From Oculina patagonica (taxonomy: Eukaryota), in contig NC_135759.1 of assembly GCF_052425735.1 (NCBI RefSeq), forward strand, positions 23,870,001 through 23,934,000: 64,000 bases of DNA, read 5' to 3'. The translations under genes and the position numbers were made by a program. The stretch's first letter is position 1, and each line of letters opens with the position of its first letter. The notes beneath the pieces were generated by a model. The model was not told the origin of the DNA, ran no database searches, and saw nothing but the letters and a program-made list of their open reading frames with translations. Below are positions 37,390-49,898 of this stretch, piece after piece.

Positions 37390-38720
37390 GAGAATAGAAT
37401 TCGCTCTACGAAGCCTCAGAGCAGGCTATCAATGTCCCATTCACGTAAGAAAACATTCAAAGACGCGTTTTAGTAAACACAACATTCATGCACGTTTTTG
37501 TTTCGCGTCACATCATCTTTGTGTCACGTCATCCGTTCTTCATCTTTTTGAGTCGTGCAGAAACGCGCTTCTTTCTCTCAAATTTTATTCGCTCCTAAAA
37601 TAACGCTATACGTGCTGGCAGAAAAGTAAACATATTCATAAAACAAATTTAATTATGCTAAAAAGGATCAAAGGTTACACTTAAATATTTTTGTGATGAA
37701 ATAGAATTCGCGCTACGAAGCCTGAAAGCACGAACCATCATGACGCAATTCCCATGGAAAAATAAAACATTCACAGGGAAATAAAGTGAGATTGTGTTAC
37801 ATTATTGAACGCTCATTTGAACTAAATAGTATCAATGACCCATTCACGCAAGAAAACATTCAAAGGCAAATTGAGGTTGTGACCTTACTGAAAGCAGCTA
37901 TGAACTACACATAGTTACGCTTAAATTGTTATATAAAAAAATATTATGCTCGGCATGTGACGTGTTCAGTTTAGTTAACACCACATCAACGGCACGTTTT
38001 TTATTTCGCGTCACGTCACCTCGTGTCACGTCATCCGTTTTTCATCTTTTTGAGTCGAGCAGATACACGAAGTGCTCGGGCGTATCTTTTCTCTCAAATT
38101 TTATCGGCTTCTCAAAAATACAGTAGAATCCCGGTAACTTGAACTCTGAAGGGAAACGAAAAACCGTTCGAGTTAGCGGGGTTTCGAGTTATCGGGGTAG
38201 ATTTAATATTTAATTTGCCAAGTTAATAATTGATAGCTTACTGATTTTTCAGCACCTCAGTATACAGCACAGTGCAAATTAAACTTATCTTGTCAGAAAC
38301 TCTAATACGATCATAAATTCTTAGGATAAGAGTGGAAAAAGGCTGTCAAATACGTGACCTGTTTTGTTGCTCTAATCAATGGGCAACCGTGGCGAGTTGC
38401 AAGAACCGGAATTTGAGTTATCGGGGTAAATTTGACCCAAATTTTGATCAAGGGAAACGAAACTTAGTTCGAGTTGGCGGGGTTTTCGAGTTATCCGAGT
38501 TCGAGTTAACCGAGTAAAAATGACTTAAAAGTGAGTTCAAATCCAAGGGAAATGGAAGTATGTTCGAGTTAGCGGGGTTCTACTGTAACGCTATACGTGC
38601 TGACGGAAAAGTAATCATATTCACATAGCGCTACGACGCCCGAGAGCACGAGTCATCAATGACGCAACTCACGTGGAAAAATAAAGCAAAGTGAGATTGC
38701 TTTACTTTATTGGACACTTA
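37390..38720 (+). repeat. Diverged local tandem duplication (2-3 partial copies)
   Basis: Repeated blocks such as GCACGTTTTT..TTTCGCGTCAC..GTGTCACGTCATCCGTT..CATCTTTTTGAGTCG (~37490, ~37992), GCTACGAAGCC and ACGCTATACGTGCTG. Confidence 0.75.
38121..38585. mobile_element. pogo/Tigger-like MITE, TA target duplication
   Basis: TA|CAGTAGAATCCCGGTAACTTGAAC ... GTTCGAGTTAGCGGGGTTCTACTG|TA, with internal TTCGAGTTA repeats. An empty paralogous site lies at ~37599. Confidence 0.9.
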
Positions 38721-39699
38721 TTGAGAAAAAAATGCGGAGGTCGGCACTTCATTCATCGAATTACCATGAGGTTGCTCGAAGAGCCTTTGATTTAAGCCTA
38801 CGTGACAGCCTTTAAGCAGCCATTTTGATGTCGTGTGGCGCGAAAGTCCGAAATTCAAAATGATATATCCTAAAGACGGTGGATGCTTTCGACCTGAAAA
38901 CCTTCAACAAGACATATATCAATGATGTCTAATAGCCAGTGAAGGATGAAAAGTCAGGGTTCTCGCGATTCTGGATTTTTAAAAGAATTTTGATGACGTC
39001 ATGTGAAAACCAAGAATAAGAATTCGCCTATAATTCGCCGACATCGTGTGCGGTCTTCGAATGTGCCTAAAAATGACGTAGCACGATTGTTTATCTAAGC
39101 ACATAGTGTTGTTTGTATTTTTTTGTTGTTGTTCGAAAGCTTCGTTACTCAAGTTGTTTTCTCAATTGTTTTGTAGATTGGTAATACTGTGCTGAGCGCC
39201 TGATGAATTAATATAGTGAGTTGAAGAAGGAATGTTCAATAAATTGATGGCAGTGGTGACAAAAAAAAAGTAATTCCGTATAACCAAAAATAGCACTACA
39301 AAAAAAAACTCCAAAACAGCCTTGGAAATTCCTTTTCATCAAAAGCGACGTTTCGCATTTGAAAGTTATTATGTTTTACCGCTCGCCTACAGGGAAGATA
39401 TTTGTTTACAAACATTGTTTTTGTTATTTAAATGTCCAACAAGTTAAACAAAAGAACTCTTTGTTTCACTAGCCAATAGATTTGTGGTTGGCACATTAAT
39501 TACAATAGGTGACGTCAACGATATCTTTGCTATTATTTCTTTCTATCCAAAATTCTAACAATACGCAGTTCTTTTAACAATGTGAAGGCCGTGAGCTTTG
39601 TCGAGACAGCAAGCGCAACTACTCTCTTCCGTAAGAGACGAATACTGACAATCAAAAGACCCTCTTTTTTAGTTACTGTAGAAGTTTCGTTTAGATTAG

Positions 39700-39808
39700 A
39701 TTTTTTGCGGCGTCCAAATTTTAAATAAGCGCCGCCCTCGAATAAGCGCCGCACTTGAGGCGCGAAAAATTAAATAAGCGCCGCGGCGCTTATTCGAGTA
39801 AATACGGT
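39700..39808. mobile_element. One end of a CCGTA-type MITE (related to 50911-51336)
   Basis: AATAAGCGCCGC repeats ending GGCGCTTATTCGAGTAAATACGG|TA. No matching left end found. Confidence 0.65.
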
Positions 39809-40439
39809 AATCGAAACCTATTGTTCATGAAGTCAACAGAAAAATTGTGGACCTGAGATCCCTGTTCACAAAAATTTGACGAGAAAAAACTGTCAATTTA
39901 ATTTCTTGTCAATTGTTTTTATGGAAAGCCTCAAATTAACCGTATATTGTGTTTAACAAGATAGAAAGGCAATTTTTAAAAAGCTACTGTTATCCTAAAG
40001 ATGGTTGTGATTTTGCAGCTGACCTTGAATGACCTTCAGTTGGCCTCTTTTACGATTGCCGTCAAGTTGGCTTCACATTATAATGCAAATTAACCTCGCG
40101 TGATTTTTGAGGGCGATTTCGACCAAATTCGTTGTACTGTGGTTACCTTTTGTAATTGATTTCAAGTTTTCAGGGTTATAATAGAATAAATATGGTAGAA
40201 TTTGAGATAATATTTTACGCTACTTTAAAAGAATGTAAGGCTTGTTGGCACAGATTCTGTCGATTTCTCAAGCTTGTCCTCTTTTTATTGTACTGTGCTT
40301 GCCTTCTGGCAGTCTCAAAGCATTATATCACGGCAGCTATATATTCTTATGTTTTAAGTTAAATCTGCGAACTTAAATCTGCCATCATGGATTTTACTTT
40401 TTCCTCAGTAAGGTGGAAATACTACAAATTGAAACAAAA

Positions 40440-41200
40440 TTACCTCTCAAACGTACATGAGGGGGGGGGGGGGGGTGGATGCCACCCCCGTAAGGTTTTT
40501 CAAAATTTTGAAAAAAGGATTTACTCTACAAGGATGAAACTTTCAGTAGTTGTTCATCCATCCTTTGCAAAAATTTCATGTCAACCATGTGTCCTTGATA
40601 TTTGACGTTGCCATGACAACGTCCTAACTACAAGCAGGTCTTGGCAAAAATCTTCATTTTTAACATTTTTCTTTATTATTTCCAGTTTTTGAAACAGAAA
40701 AGCATGATTTGGTTACTTTTACAGTCCATAAGCATTCTGGCACGATGTTGCATCAATTTCCGTAAATTTGGTGACTTTCTAAGAAAATGTCGAAATCCAT
40801 GATGGCGGATCCAATATGGCGGCTGTAATGACATCACGTGACGTATGACGTCATATTATATTGTAGAGTAAGCTACGGGCTTTCTTCTCAGTGCAAAATA
40901 ATTTCGCTGCACCTTAACGGAACGAAAACTCCTGGGAGGGGTTCCATCCACACCCCCACACCCCTTGTACGTCCAAGGATTACTCCAAAATTTTAATGCT
41001 TATGACAAAATGTGGTTGCCATAGCAATGTCAAAGACATGGATACCCAATTGGCACATCAAAATTTTCTGGAGGGATGAATGAACAGCTATTGAAAGTTT
41101 TAGTATTGCAGAGATACAGAATGAAACCTCTTTTTAATATTGTGAAATAAATTAAAATAGCTCGAAAGGGGTGGCATCCCCACTCCCAACCCCTTGTACC
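40440..41200. mobile_element. Degenerate non-autonomous DNA transposon
   Basis: GTACATGAGGGG…GGATGCCACCCC at the left, GGGGTGGCATCC…CCCCTTGTAC at the right. Boundaries approximate. Confidence 0.5.
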
Positions 41201-41829
41201 ACATAAAGCAACAATAAAACTCTTTCGTTCTCGGGAAGATTTTTTTCACGCCTTTGTCTTTATGTGAATCGAGTGATTTCAGTAAACCCGTGAAATAGGT
41301 CTTACACTCTTAGATACTATTACACACAAATTCCATTGTTTTCTTTAGTTTCCTTTTGATATATATTGTTTCACGGGTTAAATGAAATCACTCTAAGACA
41401 TTGCATGTTAAATACTACTTAAATGTAATCAATTGTTGACATGGCTGTTCTCCTTTATTTCTCCTTCGTAGAGTTGCTACTTGTCTGGATCAACTCATGG
41501 ATTTTCATGGATTCTTGCAGAAGACAGATGCCTGCGTGAAGTGGATTGCGAGTATAATATGCTTGCATGGACTGGATTCTGTTCTCGCTGTGTCGATCAT
41601 TAGGTAAAGAACAGTAATCGACTATCAATACAGATTAAAGTCTTTTATTCTCAATAGAGATTACAAACCAGTTTCTCCTTACAAAATCAGTACATTGTCA
41701 AGAAGAAGGAAGAAGGATATTGTCTTGTTGTTACATCAGTTTTCAAATTAGAAGAAATGTTAAAAAATGCAAAATTTAGAAAGGAGAATTAGAATTGAAC
41801 CTGCAAAATACAAACGCGGACCCGTGTTA

Positions 41830-42560
41830 TTGAAACTTGAAGCCTAAATGAATTTTCTTTTTTGTCGACCATGGAACTCCATCTAATATTTTGAAATGAA
41901 TTATTTCGTCGTTTTACGCTGGAATTATGTGAACTGCTTTAAATCCCTCCATATTTCTCTGCTGATACTAATCCAATTCGGCATCAGTCAGAATCAGAGA
42001 AAATTCACAAAATCATCAAGAGATTATTCAAAATTTCATCTGTTTTCTTGCGATTCGAATACCAAAAGCGAACACTGAATTTCTAATCTCACGCTCCTTG
42101 TGAATGAGAGTTAAACTTCATGTTCTGTTAGGTTTCCTTGAATTCACGGGTCCACGTTTACTTTGTAATCGTATTTAATACACAAAACTTTCATCGCATT
42201 CGATTTTTGCAAAGAATTGAAACTGATTGTTCATCAAGTCATCAGCAAACTGCTAAACCTTAGTTAGCTTCGACTAGAATTTGACACAAAAAGTAAATAA
42301 CAGTTTGGAATTTTTCTTTCTAAGTTTACCAACTGCTTCTTCTAATTTAGGAAAAAGTTTAGTCTAAGTTTTTTCTCGATTACTTTATGATTTTCAGTTT
42401 TGAAAAGACGAATCTGTGATTTTTAAGGAAACTTCTTTATTTATATCAATCTTTGTAATTATTGCAGATGTTGTTAAAACGCTTAGTTTCATTTGAGAAT
42501 TTTTCATGACGACGTAGTTGATATATTTTTCATTTTTTATTGACTTTTGTAATAACTACA
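41830..42560 (-). pseudogene. Decayed Merlin / ISXO2 (IS1595-like) DDE transposase relic
   Basis: Minus-strand translation with stops and frameshifts gives FVFSKLKI…AKIECDESFVY…KRGP…LIHKERE…SLILTDAE…EGFKAVH. Order and spacing resemble the F..SKL / VEIDES / IxTD / GFxH pattern of this family. Confidence 0.5.
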
Positions 42561-42689
42561 ATTATGATGTGTACTTAGTAGTGTAGTCAATTAATGACAC
42601 ATCTTGTAAAATAGTTTACATTTAATGAAGTTGAAATAAACAATGAGTTGTTATCAACAATTGAGTCTTCTGTCTTATAAAAAAATTAA

Positions 42690-43116
42690 TGCGCTTTTAA
42701 AAGGGGCCTGGTAACCAGTGAAAATGTAGGCTATCTCTTTTGATGCATTTTGACTATGTAGGGTTGCCAACGCGAAAAAAAATTCTGCGCTTTTAAACAG
42801 AGTCTAGTAATAAGAGAAAATAAAAGCTGTCTTTTGATGGAGAAAATCCGTCCAAAAACTGAACAGATTTTTCCCGCCAAAAGACTTAGTTTATTTTTTA
42901 CTTATTATTAGACTTCATTTAAAAGCGCAGACTTTTTTCCCGCCAAAAGACTTAGTTTATTTTTTTATCATTACCAGGCTCCTTTTAAAAGCGCAAATTT
43001 TACCCGCCAAAAGACTATTATATTTTTGACCAAAACCAAAACCCAAAATTTTTCTTGCAAAAAGACTTAATTTGACTTAAAATCCACTTCAAAGCACTGA
43101 TGTTTCTCCCGCCAAA
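42690..43116. promoter_or_regulatory. Imperfect hairpin plus direct repeats carrying four E2F-like TTTTCCCGCCAAA motifs
   Basis: Inverted pairs 42690-42714/42971-42995 and 42784-42814/42901-42931. CCCGCCAAA motifs at ~42868, 42935, 42998, 43103. Regulatory function is inferred. Confidence 0.45.
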
Positions 43117-44127
43117 CACATTTTTGCACGATGTCTTTGCAATCGACCTGGATAAATGTCCAACGAGTTTGGGTGTTATTTATTAAACAAAGTTGCATGG
43201 TTTGGCATGGAAAATATTCGACGAATATTTCTCCCAGCTTCATTTGGAAGAGTCTTCAATAGCGTTTTGTTCATAACTTTCTTCACTCCTGCAAAGAAAA
43301 AAAGTTTTAAACAACACTGAATTTACTCTATCGTGTAAATTACAATGAAATTACCAATCCATTTTATCAGGCAAAGTACAAATTAAATAAGATATACATG
43401 TAGCAAAGATTAACATTCTGCCGGTCTGAATTATAGGGTACACATCGCAATCAAGGCATTTAACATGAATTATAAAACAGTATTATCCTTGCTGGCGATT
43501 GACTGTACGTGTTTACGCCGACGCAAATCGCGCGAAATTTAAACTTGCGCAAAGCTTACAGTTTGGTAAAGTACATAATAATTACAAGTATATTTTGTAT
43601 ATGTTTAATTTTTATCTTACTGAGGACAAAAATGGAAATAGTAAAATTTTATGTTCACTGTGGATTTGAAACTTTTAGAGGAACACAATAATCTCTAAAA
43701 CCTCTTGCCTCCACGTGTAATCTAAAATGCAAATTAGATGGTGTCGAAGGATAGTGCGCCATTTAGTGTTTAAAATTGTAATTGTGTGTATAAACACTCA
43801 TTAAGCCACAGGCAGAAGTTTATAGCTTATATGTGTATGCTGAACGGAGTATTAAAACTTTCTGTTCTTGATTTCAAAAGTTTTTCAGATTTCATATACA
43901 CCCAAAGAGGAACACTACCATGCATGGCGGCTGTATATATCTACTAATTTTCTCAAAATTATTTTTGCAGCAACTCGATTATAAAAATAGGTCACCAAGG
44001 GTGACATGAGTCTAATGCCGTATGGCATAGTGATACAGATTGCGCGGTTTTCGTAAGCCGGTTAAAATTGGTTAGAGGTTTGTGTTCGGGAGTTTAATTT
44101 AAAATGCTTATAGCAAGCTAGGGGCAT

Positions 44128-46288
44128 CACAGGGGGCCCAGACAAACTGTTTGTGTATGGCCTGTGCACATTTACATTTTTATAGAGAATGTATGGAATT
44201 TACCGAATGGTTTGTAGAATTGCGTAAAATGGTGCAAAACATTAACAAATTTGTGCTGAATAAATGTTAAGTTTCCTACCTTTTGTGTAGTGTCGTTCTT
44301 TTGGCTCAAAATGGCGAATTTGAGTCGATTGAAGGGTATTTTGCTTTCGCTGTTTACTATACATCTAATTATATGGAAAGGGTGGAAACTCCAACAGCTC
44401 CAAAGTAGAACACTTCCAGCGCCGAGCCGATTTTCGACCTGATAATCCCATCGCACAGCTTTCAAACTACGCACCAGAAAAGAGGAAGGCTTGACGAATC
44501 TTCTCGTATCATTTGATCGAAAATTTATCCAAACGGTCCGGAACAAGCCCTCAAACGAAAACGGGTATCCAAAATTTTTAAGCCGTCCGAATGCGTAGCA
44601 CCAATTTGTTGTGCCGAAGGGAAACGCTATTCCCCAGCCTCTTTGTGATTGGATACAATTGAACAATGGTCGTTCAAGATTTTGTTTCGTGGATAGGGAG
44701 GCAAAGGCAAAACCAATACTCAATAGTATAGGGAGTGATGTCAATTGTGCGACACAACCTAAGGACCCTCGCGCAAAATATGGCAATATTGACGGCGATG
44801 CCGAAAGCGATGCATTATCATTTAAATATGCGTCGTTGTAACTTCTATGCGTCGAAGTAAAAGGAGTGCACCGTTGACGTCTGTTTATTTACTTCCAAAT
44901 ACACTCTTTCCGAAGCACCGCTCCCACAAACAATGAAAACCTTTTTCCCTTGCTTTAGCAGTCAACTGTTGATAGCCTTCGCCACAAAAGATTTCCCTGT
45001 TCCTCCCTCTCCAGTTACGAGAATATTGTGCCCAGCTTCGGCTATGTGTAGGATTTCAGATTGTTCAGAAGTTAATTAGGTTTCGAACCTATAAAATGAG
45101 GACTATTTCGGTGATTGCAGCCATAAATGTTTAAAACATCAAAAACAGAAAGAAAAATAAAGGAACTTAAACACGAATACCTTGCCATATTCGTATGTCC
45201 CGAAAAAATCCCACTTTTCCGCAAACTCGCGATCGCCTGCATTTTCTGCGCTACGAAAGTCGTGATGGAACTTCGCGGGATTTTCCCAATCAGCCGGACC
45301 TTGACACAAGAATAGCAAATCACAACAACGGTTTTGCACGAGAGTTTCACATGTGGGTGTATAGTTTTGCAATCTCTGTAAAACAACTAGGTGAGATGAC
45401 TAAAGTCTGATATTTTTTAGGGCTGTAAAATATTTTTTTCGTTGAAAAATGAACGCTGACTTTTATTTGAAGCTAGCTAGCTTTAAAAATGAACTCATAC
45501 CGACTAGATGTAGGTACTTACTTGTTTTTTAAGTCAGTATGAATATTTCATAATTACTTCGCCGCACTGACAAGTTACAACGACGCATATTTAAATGATA
45601 ATGCATCGCTTTCGGCATCGCCGTCAATATTGCCATATTTTGCGCGAGGGTCCTTAGGTTGTGTCGCACAATTGACATCACTCCCTATACTATTGAGTAT
45701 TGGTTTTGCCTTTGCCTCCCTATCCACGAAACAAAATCTTGAACGACCATTGTTCAATTGTATCCAATCACAAAGAGGCTGGGGAATAGCGTTTCCCTTC
45801 GGCACAACAAATTGGTGCTACGCATTCGGACGGCTTAAAAATTTTGGATACCCGTTTTCGTTTGAGGGCTTGTTCCGGACCGTTTGGATAAATTTTCGAT
45901 CAAATGATACGAGAAGATTCGTCAAGCCTTCCTCTTTTCTGGTGCGTAGTTTGAAAGCTGTGCGATGGGATTATCAGGTCGAAAATCGGCTCGGCGCTGG
46001 AAGTGTTCTACTTTGGAGCTGTTGGAGTTTCCACCCTTTCCATATAATTAGATGTATAGTAAACAGCGAAAGCAAAATACCCTTCAATCGACTCAAATTC
46101 GCCATTTTGAGCCAAAAGAACGACACTACACAAAAGGTAGGAAACTTAACATTTATTCAGCACAAATTTGTTAATGTTTTGCACCATTTTACGCAATTCT
46201 ACAAACCATTCGGTAAATTCCATACATTCTCTATAAAAATGTAAATGTGCACAGGCCATACACAAACAGTTTGTCTGGGCCCCCTGTG
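44128..46288. mobile_element. 2161-bp foldback-type DNA transposon: 717-bp TIRs, 7-bp TSD (GGGGCAT), 5'-CACAG…CTGTG-3' termini
   Basis: Arms 44128-44844 and 45572-46288 are reverse complements (the ORF track shows identical 204-aa and 76-aa translations on opposite strands). GGGGCAT lies at 44121-44127 and 46289-46295. Spacer is 727 bp. Confidence 0.9.
44858..45074 (-). pseudogene. PIF1-family (SF1B) DNA helicase N-terminal fragment inside the foldback element
   Basis: LTSEQSEILHIAEAGHNILVTGEGGTGKSFVAKAINS*LLKQGKKVFIVCGSGASERVY…TSTVHSFY: Q-motif, Walker A, motif Ia and the TVHSF motif. One in-frame stop; truncated before Walker B. Confidence 0.85.
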
Positions 46289-49200
46289 GGGGCATCGTGG
46301 ATGATTATGGATGAAAACGAAACAGTCATAAATGTTATATGCTTCACAAAATTTAAAGTATGAACAGGAGTTGATGTTACTTCTTCCGTATTGTCCGTAA
46401 AAGCAGAAACGATTAAACATTTGGACAAGATTGCGTGACGATTTACAAAAAGCATGTTCATTACAACAAGGGTTAAAGAACTTCACATCGTTTTCTTTCA
46501 GATTTTTCACCATTTTGATGATGACTCTTGAAACAGATTTTGCAATAAAAGCACTTGAAATAGTGACTGTTACTCCATTGTACTGTAAGCACTTAGTGAC
46601 AGATTTTCCTAAAAACGGGTGTAAATGCTCACGTCAATATAATGATGACCTTTTGAACGCTGGAAACTAGGCAATTATTATCGAGCTACCATACACAGGA
46701 GCGAAGACTGTTTATCATGATGTACAAATTTCGCGAATCATCACTTCCATATCAATGTAACCATTTTATGATTTTTCTAGCTGTAAGAAGAACTTAAGAT
46801 CTCTGAGAGTCGTAAAAGCATGAAATTCGATTTCAGTGTATGGCAAAGGCCGGGACAGTGTAATACTGCAAAGCGGCCAAACAAACGCATTTTGATTTAG
46901 TCGCGTAACTTGATTTACATTTATCCATGTACATCTTTTATTTTTGAAGGTTTTTGTTTGCACTGTAAAGAAAAAATTGGTCAAAATTCGAATGACTTAA
47001 ATACAAAAACCGAGGTAAAGTTTTCTATTTTTTAAAACAAAATAAATATTTGGTCGCATTGTGTAAATAAACGCGAGTCGCCGTCGAAATATTTTTTCTC
47101 AAAGACGTCTTGCTTTTTAAGCAAGACGAAAACACAAGTGCTTAACTGAACTGAAAACGAAGATTTATTTTCACAAAAAGCTTACAAATGTCTTAACTGG
47201 AAAATTATTTCGTCCTGTTCAAGTGTTGAATAATCGTGACTTGAGAAAGAACTTTTAATTATGCGTGGGAACACGTGTCGCTGATTGGCTGTTTTTAATT
47301 GAAACTAATCGTGCGTGTCCGTACGGAGTCCGTTCTTGCAGCTGATCATTGTTTTCTACATTACAGCGAACGATTATCGATCCCGAACCATTCCCTTGGG
47401 ATTGCTAACAGCTTTTTTCATATAACAAAGAGTCTAATGCTTGCGTGCGCTTTGCGCATGCGCATTAGACTCAAAAATGTTACAGACAAATGTATTATTT
47501 GGATCAAACGGTTTTCCACCTGATGTCTTTCGTGCAAACAGTTTTTGTAACATTGATGAGAAGGACAAATAGATTTGACCAATAAAGAAAATTTTGTCTT
47601 CGTGACGGCAAATTATTTGCTATTTATAGACGAAGAGTTCAACAAAACTATTTTTAAATTTTTCAGGATAATAATTTTCAACCTAATAGGTGCAATTTTT
47701 CTATGTTCATATATTTTCGTTAAGTAGAAAAGTAAGACACTTGTACCAATTTTTAGAAAAATCTGTTAAAGAGCCACCTTAATTTATGAAAAAAAGTTCT
47801 AAAGAATTTTCAACAGGAAAAAATATAAAGTACGTTTCGTCTCTGCTGCTGTTGCTATGACAACTAAACAGTAAATTAGTAAATGCTTTAGAGATTTTTG
47901 GTCAATGTTCCTTGTCAGTTAGGTCAGCTTAGCCGAGGGACAATTCCGATGCGGGATGGTTTGAAGTGCAGTGAACCACCTTAAAAGTAGTGCGATAAGA
48001 CACTTAGAAAAATATGTCGAAGAGCCACCTTTAATTTGTGAAAAAAAAGTTGCGCATAAGCAATTTGACAAATTCAACACTTTCTCTGTTTGGCATTAAT
48101 TGTAATCCTGGCTATGAATTTTCACACACAATTTCAATTTTCTGTTTGATTATTTAAGTATTTTCTTTTATGTCATAGGTTTCTATTTTTCCAAATATAA
48201 CTTATCTGCCACAAATATTAGAAAAATCGACATATCTTAATTTCTTTTTCATTTTGCCTTCAAGTAGTCCAATTATTAAAAATAAACAAATATAAAAAGG
48301 CAATTTAAACTCACCATGACTGATGCTCCCTGTATTCTGATAGCAGGAAAGTAATCACTTTCACCATGGAACTGAAAAAAAAAAACAGTCACAAACACAA
48401 CTCGTGAAATGTTCTTAATTTTCATCACTGATACGTAGAGTTTAGGTTACTTTCAGATTGGCGATGTTGAGTGCTTTGTTTAATAACAATTATTTACAAG
48501 TTTGTCCGCATCGACGTTACTTTACTTGCTACTTGCTACAATAGCAAGGTTTGAAAAATAAAAGGATTAGAAGTGAACACTTTTTTTACATAATTGCTAT
48601 GGGTGCACTCATTGAAACTCAAATCTGTTTTAAGTAGTGCGCAGCTCGGGGGAAAGGGCACGAGTGAATGTGGTCGTTGTGTTGCTCCAATAAGGGAGCG
48701 GACTGTTCGGCATTTTTCAACAAAGAAAAGAGGTGTACGGGCTCCCCTGGTTAACCACTGCTGTAAACCTTATAAAATACCACAGTCAAAAAAATTGTAA
48801 CAGAACTAATAGATCGAAGCTACCAATCTACAGCAGTGAACTATACATGTAGGACTAATATATGTAGACCTAGTTATTGGAGAACAAAATATGGCTATCA
48901 TAATAACAAAAATGGATAACTGAAATACCAACGCTATAGCCTGGTGGACCCCATTTTTATCACCAAACTACTTTTTTTGGTTAGAGATCACACGCCAAAT
49001 TAAACTATTCCGAGTAAAGTTTGTTGCACCCATAATTTTGTCCACCAGTAACTCGGCCTATGCACACAATATTCTCATTGACGTTTTAATCCTCGTATGG
49101 TAATGCCATCAAAGAAATATTGGGCCCTTGACAGTTGTAAGCCGCTTTCAGGATGGTAGGGCTAGTTCGTTGAACTCTGGATCAAGAGGATAAGGTTCTA

Positions 49201-49527
49201 GACATGGTTGGGGTGCTTGTATTTTGTTCTTGCCCTCTCCCCCTCCCAGCGGCCAACTGTTGGAAAAAACCTGACAACAATGCTTGGGTAACCAGCTATG
49301 GGCTTGGCATCCCATCCAGCGGAGTATCATTATTCCTAGTGGATTCATAACACAGAAGAATGAAAATGTTTTCACTTGTAGTTACTTGTAAAATAAAAAT
49401 CATACCCTATGACGCGTAATTTCATATCGACTATGATATTTTCGAACGTCATAACTAAACAGTAAAATCCAAGATGTGCAGGTTTTATGATGTCATAGAC
49501 ATTATACAACAGATAATCATATCTTAA

Positions 49528-49898
49528 GGAGGCTCGATGTAGTTTTTTTAGCCGAAGGGTGGTTGTTTTGAAAATCAAAATTATCTAGGAAGCCAATGCT
49601 CTTACAGATTTTTCTAAAATTTCGTCAACAGTTAGTCAATCTACTAAACTTTAACATATCAAAAAATAAACACCAAGAGTCAATCTAGATTTCGAGAAAA
49701 TCAAGCTTGTTTGAGAACAAAAGAAAACGTCAGTCGTTGCTATGGTAACCTTTGTGACAAAGTGACGGGTAAAAAATTAAAATTTGGTCATATTTGATCA
49801 TTATGGTGTATTTTGGCAAAAATCGAAGATTGGCTTCCTAGATAATTTTAATTTTCAAAACAACCACCCTTCGGCTAAAAAAACTACATCGAGCCTCC
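49528..49898. mobile_element. MITE with ~70-bp TIRs at a TTAA-type site (Kolobok-like termini)
   Basis: TTAA|GGAGGCTCGATGTAGTTTTTTTAGCCGAAGGGTGGTTGTTTTGAAAAT … ATTTTCAAAACAACCACCCTTCGGCTAAAAAAACTACATCGAGCCTCC|TT. Confidence 0.85.

Noticed and set aside
44172-46244. Twin 204-aa ORFs (44172-44786 minus, 45630-46244 plus) and twin 76-aa ORFs as genes
   Set aside because: They are the same TIR sequence read twice, have non-ATG starts and show no recognisable domain.
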